DNA of 64,000 bases, from contig JBMNRW010000001.1 of NCBI GenBank assembly GCA_050944875.1, forward strand, positions 85,436 to 149,435, written 5' to 3'. Positions within the stretch are counted from its first letter, which is position 1. Each line of letters opens with the position of its first letter. This DNA comes from Patescibacteria group bacterium. GTDB taxonomy: Bacteria > Patescibacteriota > UBA1384 > JACPKC01. The notes under the pieces were generated by a model. It did not search any database. It saw only the letters and a list, made by a program, of their open reading frames with translations, and was not told where the DNA came from. Positions 27,422 through 39,847 of the stretch are shown here, piece after piece. A program made the position numbers and the translations under genes.

Positions 27422-28606
27422 TTACTTCTCGATCGAGGTGACGACGCCGGCACCGACGGTCTTACCGCCCTCGCGGATGGCGAATCGCATACCCTGCTCG
27501 ATGGCAACCGGGACGAGAAGCTTCACCTTGAAGGTGATCGTATCGCCAGGCATGACCATCTCAGTGCCCTCTGGGAGCTCGACTTCGCCGGTCACGTCCG
27601 TGGTGCGGATGTAGAACTGCGGCTTGTAACCCTTGAAGAATGGGGTGTGTCGTCCACCTTCTTCTTTGGTGAGGATGTACACTTCAGCGGTGAACTCGGT
27701 GTGCGGGGTAATTGAACCCGGCTTCGCGAGAATCTGGCCGCGCTCGATGTCATCGCGCTCGACACCGCGGAGGAGGACGCCGACGTTATCGCCAGCCTGT
27801 CCCTGGTCGAGTTCTCTGCGGAACATCTCGACGCCAGTGACAGTGGTCTTGCGGGTGTCCTTGAGACCGACGATTTCGATTTCTTCGCCGACCTTGACGA
27901 CGCCACGGTCGATACGGCCGGTCGCAACGGTGCCGCGACCCTTGATCGAGAAAACATCTTCGACGGCCATGAGGAACGGCTTGTCCGTCTCACGAGCTGG
28001 CTCAGGGATCGCTTCGTCGAGCGCCTTGATGAGCTCCATGATCTGGTCCTGGTAATGCGCATCGCCCTCGAGCGCCTTGAGCGACGAGCCGCGGATGATC
28101 TTCGCATTGTCGCCGTCGTACTCGTACTTCGAGAGGAGCTCGCGGATTTCCATCTCAACGAGGTCGAGGAGTTCTGGGTCGTCAACCATGTCACACTTGT
28201 TCAGGTAGACGACGATCTCTGGAACGCCAACCTGGTGTGCGAGGAGGATGTGCTCGCGGGTCTGCGGCATTGGACCGTCAGCGGCCGAAACGACGAGAAT
28301 CGCGCCGTCCATCTGCGCCGCACCCGTGATCATGTTCTTCACGTAGTCGGCGTGACCTGGACAGTCGACGTGCGCGTAGTGGCGCTTCTCGCTCTCGTAC
28401 TCGACGTGCGCGACCGCGATCGTAATTCCACGCTCTTTTTCCTCTGGCGCAGTGTCGATCTGGTCAACAGCCTTATCGTCGGCCGTAAAGCCCTTATCTT
28501 TGAGGGTCTTGAGGATTGCAGCCGTCGTCGTGGTCTTACCGTGGTCGACGTGACCGATGGTGCCGACGTTGACGTGCGGCTTTGTCCGCTGGAACTTCTC
28601 AGCCAT
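27422..28606 (-). CDS. tuf: elongation factor Tu
   Basis: [21 protein letters not shown] motifs; 394 aa. Confidence 0.98.
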   Translation of the reverse strand: MAEKFQRTKPHVNVGTIGHVDHGKTTTTAAILKTLKDKGFTADDKAVDQIDTAPEEKERGITIAVAHVEYESEKRHYAHVDCPGHADYVKNMITGAAQMDGAILVVSAADGPMPQTREHILLAHQVGVPEIVVYLNKCDMVDDPELLDLVEMEIRELLSKYEYDGDNAKIIRGSSLKALEGDAHYQDQIMELIKALDEAIPEPARETDKPFLMAVEDVFSIKGRGTVATGRIDRGVVKVGEEIEIVGLKDTRKTTVTGVEMFRRELDQGQAGDNVGVLLRGVERDDIERGQILAKPGSITPHTEFTAEVYILTKEEGGRHTPFFKGYKPQFYIRTTDVTGEVELPEGTEMVMPGDTITFKVKLLVPVAIEQGMRFAIREGGKTVGAGVVTSIEK

Positions 28607-28691
28607 GCGTACTCCTTCTCTTGTACTTGCCCCTTATAACGGGGGTGATTTTACCTGTACTATACCCGAACGTCAAGTTCGGTGAACAGTC

Positions 28692-30809
28692 CTACTTCTT
28701 CCGGCCAGCAATGATCTCTTCCTGGACGTTGCGCGGCACTTCCTCGTACCGGTAGAACTCCATGGAGTAGGCTGCCCGGCCCTGCGTCATCGAGCGGAGG
28801 CTCGTCGCGTACCCGAACATGTTCGAGAGCGGCACCTTCGCCGTGATAACCTTCGCGTTCCCGCGCTCCGTATTCCCTTCGATCCGGCCCCGCTTCGCGT
28901 TTAAGTCGCCCATGACGTCGCCAAGGAAGTCTTCTGGCGTTGTCACCTCGACCGACATAATCGGCTCGAGGATGATCGGGTCAGCCTTCTTCACTGCGTC
29001 CTGGAGCGCCATTGAACCGGCGACCTGGAACGCCATTTCCGAGGAGTCGACGTCGTGGTACGACCCGTCGAAGAGCCGCGCCTTGATGTCGATGAGCGGG
29101 TAGCCAGCGATCACACCACGCGTGAGCGCTTCCTTGATCCCCTTCTCGATCGGGTTGATGAACTCCTTCGGAATGACACCACCGACGATCGCGTTCTCAA
29201 AGAGGAACGTTTCGTCTGGGTGCTCGGTGCGGTCTTCCTCGGAGAGCGGGAAGATCTCGATGACCGCGTGGCCGTACTGACCGCGTCCACCGGTTTGCCG
29301 AACGAACTTACCCTCGCCCTTTGCGTCTTTGCGAATCGTTTCGCGGTACGCAACCTGCGGCGCGCCAACGGTCGCCTCAACCTTGAACTCGCGCTTCATG
29401 CGGTCGACGATAATCTCGAGGTGGAGCTCACCCATGCCAGCGATGATCGTCTGGCCGGTTTCCTCGTCCGTGCGAACGCGGAACGTCGGGTCTTCTTCGG
29501 CGAGGCGCGACAGAGCGACGCCCATCTTCTCCTGGTCGGCCTTGCTCTTTGGTTCGACTGCGACGTGGATGACTGGCTCTGGGAAGGTAATTGACTCGAG
29601 CTTTACCGGGTGGTCGAGGTCGCAAAGCGTGTCGCCGGTCATGCCGTCGAGACCGACGACCGCTGCGATGTCGCCGGCGTAGAGCTCTTTCACTTCCTCG
29701 CGCTGGTTCGCGTGCATGCGGAGGATGCGCCCGATGCGCTCTTTCTTGCCGGTGTTGGCGTTCAGGACGTACGTCCCAGCGTTCAGCTGGCCCGAATAGA
29801 CGCGGATGAACGCGAGCTTGCCGACGAACGGGTCGGCCGCGATCTTGAAGAGGAGCGCGCTAAACGGCTCAGCGTCGTCGGCGTGTCGCTCGATCTTCTC
29901 TTCCTCGTTCTTCGGGTTCGTGCCCTGGATCGCGGGAATATCGAGCGGGCTCGGCAGGAAGTACGTCACCGCGTCGAGGAGGAGTTGGACGCCTTTGTTC
30001 TTCAAGGCAGAGCCGGTGAACACCGGAACGATCCGGTTAGAGACGACGCCCTTGCGGAGCGTGGTAATAAGCTCATCAACGGTCAGGGCTTCGCCGCCGA
30101 GGTACTTCTCAAGCATCGCGTCGTCGAGCTCCGCGATCTTCTCAACGAGCTTGTCGCGCCACTCCTTGGCCTGCTCAGCGTACTCGGCCGGAATGTCGGT
30201 CTCCTGCACGTCGGTCCCGAGCTCATTTGTGTAGATGTAGGCGCGCTCCCGAATGAGGTCGATGAGGCCGGTGAAGTCGCCTTCGGCGCCGATCGGCAGC
30301 TGGGCCGGAATCGCGTTCGCGCCGAGGCGGTCGAGGATCGAATCGTACGAACGGAAGAAGTCCGCGCCGGTGCGGTCGAGCTTGTTGATGAAGCAGATGC
30401 GCGGGACTTCGTACTTGTCAGCTTGGCGCCAGACGGTCTCGGACTGCGGTTCAACGCCAGCGACGCCGTCGAACACGACGACAGCGCCGTCGAGCACACG
30501 GAGCGACCGCTCGACTTCGACGGTGAAGTCGACGTGGCCTGGGGTGTCAATGATGTTGATCCGGTGCTTGTCCGACGGATTCGTCGTCGGCGCCCAGAAC
30601 GCGGTGGTCGCAGCTGAGGTGATCGTGATGCCGCGTTCGCGCTCCTGTTCCATCCAGTCCATCTCGGCTGCGCCCTCGTGGACCTCGCCGATCTTGTACT
30701 TCTTCCCGGTGTAGAAGAGGATGCGCTCCGTTACGGTTGTCTTCCCCGCATCGATGTGCGCGGCAATACCGATGTTGCGCGTCTTCTCCAGGCTGTACTC
30801 TCGTGGCAT
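28692..30809 (-). CDS. fusA: elongation factor G
   Basis: [17 protein letters not shown]; 705 aa. Confidence 0.98.
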   Translation of the reverse strand: MPREYSLEKTRNIGIAAHIDAGKTTVTERILFYTGKKYKIGEVHEGAAEMDWMEQERERGITITSAATTAFWAPTTNPSDKHRINIIDTPGHVDFTVEVERSLRVLDGAVVVFDGVAGVEPQSETVWRQADKYEVPRICFINKLDRTGADFFRSYDSILDRLGANAIPAQLPIGAEGDFTGLIDLIRERAYIYTNELGTDVQETDIPAEYAEQAKEWRDKLVEKIAELDDAMLEKYLGGEALTVDELITTLRKGVVSNRIVPVFTGSALKNKGVQLLLDAVTYFLPSPLDIPAIQGTNPKNEEEKIERHADDAEPFSALLFKIAADPFVGKLAFIRVYSGQLNAGTYVLNANTGKKERIGRILRMHANQREEVKELYAGDIAAVVGLDGMTGDTLCDLDHPVKLESITFPEPVIHVAVEPKSKADQEKMGVALSRLAEEDPTFRVRTDEETGQTIIAGMGELHLEIIVDRMKREFKVEATVGAPQVAYRETIRKDAKGEGKFVRQTGGRGQYGHAVIEIFPLSEEDRTEHPDETFLFENAIVGGVIPKEFINPIEKGIKEALTRGVIAGYPLIDIKARLFDGSYHDVDSSEMAFQVAGSMALQDAVKKADPIILEPIMSVEVTTPEDFLGDVMGDLNAKRGRIEGNTERGNAKVITAKVPLSNMFGYATSLRSMTQGRAAYSMEFYRYEEVPRNVQEEIIAGRKK

Positions 30810-30865
30810 GGTTCTTCCCGCCTCGTACTTTAAGCTCTTGGCTACTCGTAGAGCCGTTGGCGCCC

Positions 30866-30894
30866 ACTGTACCAGGAGAAGTAGATAGGGTCAA
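30866..30894 (-). promoter_or_regulatory. candidate sigma70-type promoter for fusA-tuf-rpsJ (TTGACC-N17-TACAGT)
   Basis: Minus strand TTGACCCTATCTACTTCTCCTGGTACAGT, ~55 nt upstream of the fusA ATG and downstream of a GC hairpin following the CYTH gene. Confidence 0.35.
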
Positions 30895-30942
30895 CGGAAC
30901 GAGAAAGGGCCGCCCAGTAATAGGTCGGCCCCGTGAAGCAAT

Positions 30943-31515
30943 CTAGAACATCTCGAACTCGCTCGGAGGACGAGCAACCGCCCAGCGAACCGCCCGACCG
31001 ATCTGCTGCTTCGTGAATAAATTCTGGCTACTGCGGAGAAACACTTGCGCAGCCTCACCAGAGAGCTTTCCGAGATGGACATTCTGGTACTCTCGATTGT
31101 CGGTCACTTCGATCGCACCTTGTGCCCAGGCCGGTAGTACATACACCTCTGCGTCCTCTGTCGTCGGGAATTCCCGTTCCATCAGCACAAGGCCGTCGAG
31201 CTCACCGGCAAAGACATCAATCTCTTCACCCGTCTCCGTAACTCGGCGCGACTTCATGATTGCATCAGTCGAGATTCCCCAGAGCTCCTCAAAGAGCCAC
31301 TCTGGAATCTTGACCTCCCACTCGTTGCGCGCCCGAAGTCCTGCGCCTTTTGCTATGAGGGTGAACTGCTCACCGTCGCGACGAGTGGCAGTCCGACGAA
31401 CGCGCAGCACCACGCCTGGGTGCTCCGCGACGTAGGCTTGGAAGATCGCAGTCTGTGAGTGAACCGGCGCGTCGCTCGGTAAGTGCGGCAGAAGCCACTT
31501 GCGCTCAATTTCCAT
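30943..31515 (-). CDS. CYTH-domain protein (triphosphate tunnel metalloenzyme; class IV adenylyl cyclase / triphosphatase-like)
   Basis: N-terminal MEIERKWLL (ExExK CYTH signature) plus downstream acidic residues; ATG at 31513-31515 preceded by AGGAGG; inserted between rpsG and fusA. Confidence 0.65.
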   Translation of the reverse strand: MEIERKWLLPHLPSDAPVHSQTAIFQAYVAEHPGVVLRVRRTATRRDGEQFTLIAKGAGLRARNEWEVKIPEWLFEELWGISTDAIMKSRRVTETGEEIDVFAGELDGLVLMEREFPTTEDAEVYVLPAWAQGAIEVTDNREYQNVHLGKLSGEAAQVFLRSSQNLFTKQQIGRAVRWAVARPPSEFEMF

Positions 31516-31586
31516 CACTGCCTCCTGATTGGATAGGATCGTTCCCTGAAGGACTTGCTTCAAGGTGCTGCATTACTACAAAATAG

Positions 31587-31618
31587 AAAGGAGCGCCGAA
31601 GCGCTCCTTTCTTTTTTG
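31587..31618. terminator. strong bidirectional terminator after rpsG
   Basis: AAAGGAGCGC-CGAA-GCGCTCCTTT perfect hairpin followed by CTTTTTTGTG; the mirror-image A-tract on minus closes the rpsL-rpsG transcript. Confidence 0.75.
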
Positions 31619-31632
31619 TGTGCTGGTTGTCG

Positions 31633-32106
31633 TTAGAGCCGGGCGTAGTGGGCGAAGGCCTTGTTCGCCTCGGCCATCCGGTGCATGGCATCGCGCTGGG
31701 CGATTGCCGAACCCTGGTTCTCGAACGCGAGCTGGATCTCACTGGCGAGCTTGTCCTGCATCGGCTTCCCCTTGCCTTTGCGGGCCGCGTCGATGATCCA
31801 CCGCATCGCGAGCGCGAGCTTGCGGGTTGGCCGGACTTCCATCGGCACCTGGTACGTTGCACCGCCGACACGCTTCGAGCGGACTTCGACGAGCGGTGAC
31901 ACGTTCTTGAGCGCCGTCTCAAAGATCTCTAGCGCCGGCTTCTCGAGCGCCGACTCCGCGCTATCGAGCGCATTGTAGACGATCTCGCGGGCCGTGAGCT
32001 TCTGGCCGTCGAGCATCACCTTGTTGATGAACTGCGCAACGACGACGGAGTTGTACTTGTAGTCCGGGGTAATCTCCCGGCGGGTAGTGGTTCGCTTGCC
32101 TCGCAT
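31633..32106 (-). CDS. rpsG: 30S ribosomal protein S7
   Basis: S7 family. Confidence 0.95.
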   Translation of the reverse strand: MRGKRTTTRREITPDYKYNSVVVAQFINKVMLDGQKLTAREIVYNALDSAESALEKPALEIFETALKNVSPLVEVRSKRVGGATYQVPMEVRPTRKLALAMRWIIDAARKGKGKPMQDKLASEIQLAFENQGSAIAQRDAMHRMAEANKAFAHYARL

Positions 32107-32115
32107 TGGGGCCTC

Positions 32116-32526
32116 TTACTTCTTCGCGCCGTACTTCGAGCGGGACTGCTTGCGCCCTTCGACGCCAGACGTGTCGAGGAGGCCACGGACGATGTGGTAC
32201 CGGACACCTGGCAAGTCCTTCACGCGTCCGCCACGAATCATGACGACCGAGTGCTCCTGGAGGTTGTGACCCTCACCGGGAATGTACGCGGTGACTTCTT
32301 GTCCGCTCGTCAATCGGACGCGAGCGATCTTCCGGAGTGCGGAGTTCGGCTTCTTCGGCGTCATCGTCTTCACCTGGAGGCAGACGCCACGCTTCAGCGG
32401 CGCGCCCTTCCGAGAATCGGTCGGCCGGTTCTTAATGAAGTTGAACCCGTGGTGCAAGGCTGGTGCCTTCGACTTCGACGTGCGAAGCGATCGGCCCTTG
32501 CGGATGAGTTGGTTTGCTGTAGGCAT
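32116..32526 (-). CDS. rpsL: 30S ribosomal protein S12
   Basis: [10 protein letters not shown]...VRYHIVRG, S12 family. Confidence 0.95.
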   Translation of the reverse strand: MPTANQLIRKGRSLRTSKSKAPALHHGFNFIKNRPTDSRKGAPLKRGVCLQVKTMTPKKPNSALRKIARVRLTSGQEVTAYIPGEGHNLQEHSVVMIRGGRVKDLPGVRYHIVRGLLDTSGVEGRKQSRSKYGAKK

Positions 32527-32572
32527 AGTGACTGGCGTAGTGTAGCGAGATTTCCCCGAGGGGTCAACCCGT

Positions 32573-35500
32573 TTACTTCCGCCCCTTCCTGAAGCCCGTC
32601 CCGGCTGGGATCAGGCGGCCAATAATGACGTTCTCCTTCAATCCCTTGAGGTGGTCGACCGCACCCCGGATCGCGGCGCCGATGAGGACGCTCGTCGTCT
32701 CCTGGAAGGAGGCTGCCGAGAGGAAGCTCGGCGTCGTGAGCGCGACGCGCGTAACACCAAGGAGTACCGGTTCGACGGTTGCCTCGTTCTTCCCCTTGCG
32801 GAGCTTGCGGTGCGCCTGCGCAAGCGCTCGTCGGTCGACGAGTTCGCCTGGTAAGAAGCGCGTGCCACCACCGTCGACCACGTGGACCTTCGAGAGTAGC
32901 TGTCCGACAATAATTTCAATGTGTTTGTCGTTCAGATCTTGGCCCTGAGAGGTGTAGATCTCTTGGATCTCTCGGATAATGTACGACTGCACTGCATCCT
33001 TGCCCTGGTACTTGAGGAGCTTTTGGAGGTCCAGGTGTCCTTCGGTCAATGCTGCACCGCGAACGACGCGCTCGCCGTCCTTGATGCGCGGTGTCTGCGT
33101 CGTGTCGAGCGGGTATTCGACGCTCATCGGCTCGAGGGCCTCGACGACGATCGTGCGATCTTTCACCGTCGCATTGCCACCGATGTTCGTTCGGATCGCC
33201 TTCTTACCCGGCGCCGAGGCAATTGCCTGCTTCGCCTTCACGCTCTCACCGTTCTTCACGAGGAGCTCGTAGCCCTCTGGTACTTCGACCGTGGTCTGGT
33301 CGATCGCATCCGCGATGACCTCGATCACGCGGCCGCTCTTCCGATCTCGGATCCGAGCCGTACCCTCGAGGTCAGCCATGATGGCTGGCGTCTTCGGCGA
33401 CCGCGCCTCGAGGAGCTCTTCAACGCGCGGGAGACCGCTCGTTGCGTCCGAACCGGCGACACCACCGGCGTGGAAGGTGTCGAGCGTGAGCTGGGTCGAG
33501 GGCTCACCGATCGCTTGCGCTGCGGTAATCCCGACGACTTCGCCGAGCTCAACGAGCTGCCCGGTTGCGAGGTCGCGGCCGTAGCACGCCTGACAGATCC
33601 CCCACTCGGTCTCGCAGTTCATTGGCGTGCGGACGGTGACTTCGGTAATCGTCGCGTCAGCCTCGATCGCCTGCGCAGCCTCGGGGCTAATGAGTTCGCC
33701 CGCGGCAACAGCTTCACTGTCCGCTGTCACAGCAGTAAGTGCGACACGTCCGTTCAGACGGTCACCGAAGGCGGTACCGCGCTCCTCGGACTCGGCGCGC
33801 GTTACCGTTACCCCGCGCTCGGTGCCACAGTCGGCCGTCGTGATAATCACGTCCTGCGCGACGTCGACGAGGCGACGGGTAAGGTAACCAGCGTCTGCCG
33901 TACGGAGCGCCGTGTCAGTCTTACCCTTACGACCAGCGTGCGTCGCTGTGAAGTACTCGAGCTCGGTCAGACCTTCTTTGAAGTTCGAGGTGATCGCGGT
34001 CTCGATAATCTCACCGGCCGGGTTAACAACGAGCCCCTTGAGGCCAGCCATCTGGTTGAGCTGCGTCTTCGAACCTCGGGCTCCAGATGCAACTGCAATG
34101 TGGACGGGGCTGTTCTTATCGAACTGCTCAATCATGTCCTTCATGATCGCGTCACGGGCCTGCTCCCAGCGTCGGATGATCTGCAGTCGGCGTTCGCTGT
34201 CGGAGATGAGACCCTGCTGATAGAGATCCTGGAGCTTCTCCACGTCCTTCTCACTCTGCTCGATGATCCCGTACTTTGTCTTCGGTGCGTGGACGTCGCT
34301 CATCGCGAAGCTCATGCCCGAGCGGAGCGCGTGCTCGTAGCCCAAGACCTTGATCTGGTCGACGGTCTCCGCTGCGGCGGCTTGGCCGAGCTTCGTGATC
34401 GTCTCGAAGATAATCCGCTTCAACGCCTTGCTGTCCATCGCGTCATTGCGGAACCGGAGTTCCTTTGGAATGACGTTGTTGAAGAGAATGCGACCGACGG
34501 TCGTTTCGACGAGCTCGTCTGCCGCCCCGTCTCGGGGGCTCATGCGAACCTTAATCTTCGCCCGAACGTGCAGGTCACCCATCTGGTACGCGAGGATCGC
34601 TTCGTTCTTCCCAGAGAAGATCTTGCCCTCACCCTTCACGCCATCCTGGAAACTCGTGAGGTAGTAGCAACCGTACACCATGTCGAGGTTTGGCGAGACG
34701 ACCGGCTCACCCGAGCTCGGCTTGAGGAGGTTCTTCGCCGATTCCATGATCTCGCGTGCTTCCCAGATTGCCTGGGCCGAGAGCGGGACGTGGACGGCCA
34801 TCTGGTCACCGTCGAAGTCTGCGTTGTACGCGTAGCAGACGAGCGGGTGCAGCTGAATCGCCTTCCCTTCAATGAGGACCGGCTTGAACGCCTGGATGCC
34901 GAGGCGGTGCAGGGTTGGAGCACGGTTCAAGAGGACATACTTCTCAGCGGTCACCTTCTCGAGCGCGTCCCAGACTTCTGGCGCGCGCTTCTCGATGAGG
35001 CGTGACGCGTTCTTGACGTTCTGAATGTGCCCTTCGGCAATGAGCTGGGCAATGACGAACGGCTTGAAGAGCTCGAGCGCCATCGTTTTCGGAATGCCGC
35101 ACTGGTTGAGCTTGAGCTCAGGACCAACGACGATGACCGACCGCCCAGAGTAGTCAACGCGCTTACCGAGGAGGTTCTGACGGAATCGCCCCTGCTTCCC
35201 GCGCAGCATGTCCGAGAGCGACTTCAGGCGTCGCTGAGTCGCACCGGCAGACACAGCGCGGCCGCGGCGGGCAGAGTTATCGATGAGCGCGTCCACCGCC
35301 TCCTGGAGCATGCGCTTCTCGTTCCGGCAGATCACCTCCGGCGCACCTTGGGAGAGGAGCTTCTTCAGCCGGTTGTTGCGGTTCAGAACACGGCGGTAGA
35401 GGTCGTTCAGGTCGCTTGCCGCGAACCGACCACCGTCGAGCTGGACCATCGGCCGCAGGTCTGGCGGAATGACTGGCAGGCGCGTCATGACGAGCCACTC

Positions 35501-36334
35501 AGGTGAAATCTTCGCCTCGCGCATCTGCGAGAGGAGTTGTAGTCGGCGCAGGAGCTTGCGACGCAAGGCGTCGCCAGCATCCTCAGCGCGCGCTTCGAGC
35601 TCTTTGACCTCGGTGTCGATGTCGATCGACTTAAGGAGCTCAAGTACTGCTTCTGCACCGATGCCAACGCGGATAACGTTGCCGTACCGGAGTGAGATCT
35701 CCTGGTAGCGCGCCTCGGAGAGAATGAGCTTACGCTTCAGCGCTTGGAGTTCTTGCTTCGTCTCGCGGTACGCCGCTTCGACGTCAGCTGCTGGCGCAGC
35801 GTTCTCGCCCGCTTCTGCGGTGAGCTCGGCGTACTCTTCTTCAAGTTGCTTTAGGAGGTCGTCACGGAGCTCGGTGTCGACGTCGAGAACAATGAAGCCC
35901 GCGAAGTAAATCACCTTCTCAATGTCTGCCACGGACATATCGAGGAGCTGTGACAAGACAGATGGAATGCCACGGACGAACCAGATGTGGGCGACCGGTG
36001 CCGCGAGCTCGATGTGTCCCATGCGCTCGCGCCGGACGGACGACCGGGTGACCTCAACGCCACACTTGTCGCAGACGACGCCCTTGTACCGGATCTTCTT
36101 GTACTTCCCGCAGTAGCACTCCCAGTCCTTCGTCGGACCGAAGATTCGCTCGTCGAAGAGTCCGTCGCGTTCCGGCTTCTGAGTCCGGTAGTTAATGGTC
36201 TCTGGTTTCAGGACCTCGCCGTAGGACCACTGGAGGACTTTCTCCGGGCTCGCGACCGCAATGCGGACGGCGTCGAAGTCAGTCAGGCGGATCCCCTCTC
36301 GGTCAGTTCGCTGTTTCGGTTGCTGTGCGCTCAT
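32573..36334 (-). CDS. rpoC: DNA-directed RNA polymerase beta' subunit
   Basis: Zn-finger [30 protein letters not shown] active site; 1253 aa. Confidence 0.98.
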   Translation of the reverse strand: MSAQQPKQRTDREGIRLTDFDAVRIAVASPEKVLQWSYGEVLKPETINYRTQKPERDGLFDERIFGPTKDWECYCGKYKKIRYKGVVCDKCGVEVTRSSVRRERMGHIELAAPVAHIWFVRGIPSVLSQLLDMSVADIEKVIYFAGFIVLDVDTELRDDLLKQLEEEYAELTAEAGENAAPAADVEAAYRETKQELQALKRKLILSEARYQEISLRYGNVIRVGIGAEAVLELLKSIDIDTEVKELEARAEDAGDALRRKLLRRLQLLSQMREAKISPEWLVMTRLPVIPPDLRPMVQLDGGRFAASDLNDLYRRVLNRNNRLKKLLSQGAPEVICRNEKRMLQEAVDALIDNSARRGRAVSAGATQRRLKSLSDMLRGKQGRFRQNLLGKRVDYSGRSVIVVGPELKLNQCGIPKTMALELFKPFVIAQLIAEGHIQNVKNASRLIEKRAPEVWDALEKVTAEKYVLLNRAPTLHRLGIQAFKPVLIEGKAIQLHPLVCYAYNADFDGDQMAVHVPLSAQAIWEAREIMESAKNLLKPSSGEPVVSPNLDMVYGCYYLTSFQDGVKGEGKIFSGKNEAILAYQMGDLHVRAKIKVRMSPRDGAADELVETTVGRILFNNVIPKELRFRNDAMDSKALKRIIFETITKLGQAAAAETVDQIKVLGYEHALRSGMSFAMSDVHAPKTKYGIIEQSEKDVEKLQDLYQQGLISDSERRLQIIRRWEQARDAIMKDMIEQFDKNSPVHIAVASGARGSKTQLNQMAGLKGLVVNPAGEIIETAITSNFKEGLTELEYFTATHAGRKGKTDTALRTADAGYLTRRLVDVAQDVIITTADCGTERGVTVTRAESEERGTAFGDRLNGRVALTAVTADSEAVAAGELISPEAAQAIEADATITEVTVRTPMNCETEWGICQACYGRDLATGQLVELGEVVGITAAQAIGEPSTQLTLDTFHAGGVAGSDATSGLPRVEELLEARSPKTPAIMADLEGTARIRDRKSGRVIEVIADAIDQTTVEVPEGYELLVKNGESVKAKQAIASAPGKKAIRTNIGGNATVKDRTIVVEALEPMSVEYPLDTTQTPRIKDGERVVRGAALTEGHLDLQKLLKYQGKDAVQSYIIREIQEIYTSQGQDLNDKHIEIIVGQLLSKVHVVDGGGTRFLPGELVDRRALAQAHRKLRKGKNEATVEPVLLGVTRVALTTPSFLSAASFQETTSVLIGAAIRGAVDHLKGLKENVIIGRLIPAGTGFRKGRK

Positions 36335-36343
36335 GCTGACTCC

Positions 36344-39300
36344 TTACTCCTCACCCATCACTTCGTCCGGGCTCGCTTCCGGCGGGTTCTCCTCCTGTCC
36401 GGCCAGGAACTCGGTCGCCTCAATGTCACTCTGCTCGTCGCTCGGCGTCTCCTCGGTACCTTCCGCTGGCACTGGAGCCGGCTTCTTGCCGCCGTGGATG
36501 CTCGGGTCGACGAGTTCACCTGAGTTCGTCACGAGCTCGATGTCGAGCCCGAGGCTCTGCAACTCGCGAATGAGTACGTAGAACGAGGCAGGGATACTCG
36601 GTCGCTGAATCTCTTCTGAACGGATAATCGACTCGTATGCTTTCGATCGTCCAACGACGTCGTCGGATTTGATTGTCAGCATCTCTTGCAGCGTGTGCGC
36701 AGCACCGTACGCTTCGAGCGCCCAGACTTCCATCTCGCCGAATCGCTGGCCGCCGAACTGCGCCTTACCGCCGAGCGGCTGCTGAGTGACCATGGAGTAC
36801 GGCCCGATCGAACGCGCGTGCATCTTGTCATCGACGAGGTGGATGAGCTTCAGGATGTACGTGTACCCGACAGTCGTTTCCTGGTCGAACTCGTTCCCCG
36901 TACGGCCGTCACGGAGCTTCACCTTGCCGTTCGCAGGCAACCCGGCCTCGACGAGGAGTTCACGGATCTTCTCTTCCTTCAACCCTTCGAAGACCGGCGA
37001 TGCCATCGTCTTCCCGAGCTTCTGCGCCGCCCAGCCGAGGTGCGTCTCGAGCACCTGGCCGAGGTTCATACGCGACACGACGCCGAGCGGGTTCAGAATA
37101 ATGTCGACTGGCGTCCCGTCCGGCAGGTACGGCATCTCCGCCTGCGGGAGGATCGCCGCAATGACGCCCTTGTTCCCGTGTCGACCGGCGAGCTTGTCAC
37201 CGACCGAAATCTTGCGGAGCTGGGCAATCGAGACCTCGACGAGCTGGTACACGCCGGTCGGGAGCTCGTCGCCCGCGTCTTTCGAGAAGATCTTGACGTC
37301 GACGACCTTCCCGCGCTCGCCGTGTGGCAAGCGGAGCGAAGTATCCTTCACGTCTTTCGCCTTCTCGCCGAAGATCGCGCGGAGAAGCTTCTCCTCGGCG
37401 GAAAGCTCGGTCTCGCCCTTCGGCGTGATCTTCCCGACGAGGATGTCACCAGCCGACACCTCGGCACCAAGCCGAATGATGCCCTGGTCGTCGAGGTTTG
37501 ACAGCGCATCCTCGCCGACGTTTGGAATGTCGCGGGTAATGACTTCTGGGCCGAGCTTCGTATCGCGGACTTCGATCGGGTACTTCTCGATGTGAATCGA
37601 GGTTAAGAGGTCTTCCCGGACGAGCCGGTCAGAGATGACGATCGCATCCTCGTAGTTGAGACCCTTGTACGACATGTACGCGACGAGGAGGTTCTGGCCG
37701 AGCGCGAGCTCGCCGCCGTCGGTGGCCGGGCCGTCAGCGAGAACATCGCCCCGCTTCACCTTCTGGCCGACCTTCACGAGGGCGCGCTGGTTGATCGACG
37801 TCGCCTGGTTTGAGCGGATGAACTTGTGGAGCTGGTACCGGTCCTCAACATCTTTCCCGCCTTCCTTGCTCGTTACGACGATCTCAGCAGCGCTGACGTA
37901 CGTGACTTCGCCGGCACGGCGAGCCATGACCATTGAGCCTGAGTGCTCAGCTGCGTCCTTCTCCATACCAGTGCCGACGAGCGGCGCCGACGGCTTGATG
38001 AGCGGGACTGCCTGTCGCTGCATGTTCGATGCCATGAGCGCGCGGACGATATCGTCGTTCTCGACGAATGGAACGAGCGACGGCGAGATAGCGACGATCT
38101 GCTTCGGTGAAACGGACATGTAGTCGATCTCGGAGACGTCGACTGTCACTGGCTTTCCGTTGCGCCGCGCGAGCACCTGCGCCTCAGCAAAGGAACCGTC
38201 TGGGTTCGTCGGCGTCGAGGCAGGAGCGATCGTCGATACTTCCTCAACGGCAGCGTCGAGGTGGACGAGCTCGTCGGTCACGACGCGCTTCCCACCCTTC
38301 GTCGCAACCTTGAAGTACGGGGTCTCGATGAACCCGTACGGGTTGACGTACCCGTAGCTCGCGAGATAACCGACGAGACCGATGTTCGGGCCTTCCGGCG
38401 TTTCAATCGGGCAGATTCGGCCGAAGTGTGACGCGTGCACGTCACGAACTTCGAACCCGGCGCGTTCGCGTGAGAGACCGCCTGGACCCGTCGCGTTGAG
38501 CGTCCGCTTGTGCTCGAGCTCTGCGAGCGGGTTGGTCTGGTTCATGAACTGAGAAAGCTGCGAGCTCGCGAAGAACTCTTGGAGGATCGCCTGCACCGGC
38601 CGGTTGTTGATGAGGCTGGCTGGGGTGACGAGCGCAGGGTCGGCAACGCTCATGCGATCTTTGACGATTCGCTCCATGCGCAAGAGGCCGACGCGTAGTC
38701 GCCCTTGCATGAGTTCACCGACCGCCCGGACACGCCGGTTCTTCAAGTGGTCAACGTCGTCAGCGGTCGCCATCGGGTCATTGTTGAGCCGGATGATCTC
38801 CTTGATGACCTCGATAACGTCTTCGACGCGCAGCACGCGGAACTCCGGCGTCTCCGGGTGGTTCACGCCAAGGCGCTGGTTCATCTTGTACCGGCCAACC
38901 TTGCCAAGGTCGTAGCGCTTCGGGTTGAAGAGCATGGTCTGGAGGAAGGTCTTCGCGGTGTCAGGTGTTACGAGGTCGCCTGGTCGAATGCGCTTGTACA
39001 CCTCGATGAGCGCGTCTTCGTACGACTCAGCTGGGTCGCGCTCGAGCGTGCGTTCGATGAAATTGTGTTCTTCGTCGAGGTCAACGCCGGCGAACGCCTG
39101 ACGGATCTGGTCGGTGGAGAGGTTGCCGATTGCGCGCAGGAACGTCGTGACCGGGATCTTCCGCTTCCGGTCGATCTTTACCGAGATCACGTCTCGGCCG
39201 CTCGTCTCGAACTCAAGCCAAGCACCGCGGGAAGGGATGATCTTTGCACCGAAGAGCTTTCGGCCGGCGCTCATCTCGTCCATGAAGAGGACGCCGTAGC

Positions 39301-39691
39301 TCCGGACAATCTGTGAGACGACGACACGCTCGACGCCGTTGATGATGAACGTGCCACGGTCGGTCATAACGGGGAAATCACCGAAGTAGACTTCTCCCTT
39401 CTTCGTCTTCTTTGTGACCTTGTTCTCGAGGGTCACCTTCACGTGGAGCGGCGCCTTGTAGGTGAGGTTCCGCGCCCGCGCCGTCGTCTCAGAGATCTTC
39501 GGCTGACCAAGCTCGTACTCACCGAAGGCCAATGTGTAGTTCTGATTCGTGAAGTCCTCAATCGGGGAAATCTCCGCCAGGAGCTCCCGCATCCCCTCGG
39601 TGAAGAACCATTCGTAACTCGCGGTCTGGATCTCCGTGAGATCCGGCAACGGCACGTGCCGTGCTGCTTTCGTGAACCGAACTCGCTCCAT
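36344..39691 (-). CDS. rpoB: DNA-directed RNA polymerase beta subunit
   Basis: Full beta-subunit signatures; start at [11 protein letters not shown] (ORF extends to 39712). Confidence 0.98.
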   Translation of the reverse strand: MERVRFTKAARHVPLPDLTEIQTASYEWFFTEGMRELLAEISPIEDFTNQNYTLAFGEYELGQPKISETTARARNLTYKAPLHVKVTLENKVTKKTKKGEVYFGDFPVMTDRGTFIINGVERVVVSQIVRSYGVLFMDEMSAGRKLFGAKIIPSRGAWLEFETSGRDVISVKIDRKRKIPVTTFLRAIGNLSTDQIRQAFAGVDLDEEHNFIERTLERDPAESYEDALIEVYKRIRPGDLVTPDTAKTFLQTMLFNPKRYDLGKVGRYKMNQRLGVNHPETPEFRVLRVEDVIEVIKEIIRLNNDPMATADDVDHLKNRRVRAVGELMQGRLRVGLLRMERIVKDRMSVADPALVTPASLINNRPVQAILQEFFASSQLSQFMNQTNPLAELEHKRTLNATGPGGLSRERAGFEVRDVHASHFGRICPIETPEGPNIGLVGYLASYGYVNPYGFIETPYFKVATKGGKRVVTDELVHLDAAVEEVSTIAPASTPTNPDGSFAEAQVLARRNGKPVTVDVSEIDYMSVSPKQIVAISPSLVPFVENDDIVRALMASNMQRQAVPLIKPSAPLVGTGMEKDAAEHSGSMVMARRAGEVTYVSAAEIVVTSKEGGKDVEDRYQLHKFIRSNQATSINQRALVKVGQKVKRGDVLADGPATDGGELALGQNLLVAYMSYKGLNYEDAIVISDRLVREDLLTSIHIEKYPIEVRDTKLGPEVITRDIPNVGEDALSNLDDQGIIRLGAEVSAGDILVGKITPKGETELSAEEKLLRAIFGEKAKDVKDTSLRLPHGERGKVVDVKIFSKDAGDELPTGVYQLVEVSIAQLRKISVGDKLAGRHGNKGVIAAILPQAEMPYLPDGTPVDIILNPLGVVSRMNLGQVLETHLGWAAQKLGKTMASPVFEGLKEEKIRELLVEAGLPANGKVKLRDGRTGNEFDQETTVGYTYILKLIHLVDDKMHARSIGPYSMVTQQPLGGKAQFGGQRFGEMEVWALEAYGAAHTLQEMLTIKSDDVVGRSKAYESIIRSEEIQRPSIPASFYVLIRELQSLGLDIELVTNSGELVDPSIHGGKKPAPVPAEGTEETPSDEQSDIEATEFLAGQEENPPEASPDEVMGEE

Positions 39692-39847
39692 GCCGACTCC
39701 TCTCTGCCACACCCCGGTGCTAGGGGTGGGAACAAGAAACGCAAAAAACGCCCAAACTAGGGCCCTCTCCAGATCCTATGTTCTGGCGGTTCGCTCTTCC
39801 ACTTGGTGACTCACCCTGCTGCGCTACGGGTTGATACCGGGATCGTA

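Noticed and set aside
32921-35005. 694-aa plus-strand ORF (and many 100-350-aa ORFs) antisense to rpoC, rpoB, gyrA (46145-47635), secY (12961-14007), fusA and others
   Set aside because: They lie opposite well-supported conserved genes. Their Arg/Ala/Ser/Pro-rich low-complexity products are typical of stop-codon-poor antisense frames in high-GC DNA. They have no domain signatures.
39713-39847. Promoter/terminator assignment in the obg-rpoB intergenic region
   Set aside because: Only a weak 4-bp hairpin with a T6 run and no convincing -35/-10 pair was seen. This is not enough to call.
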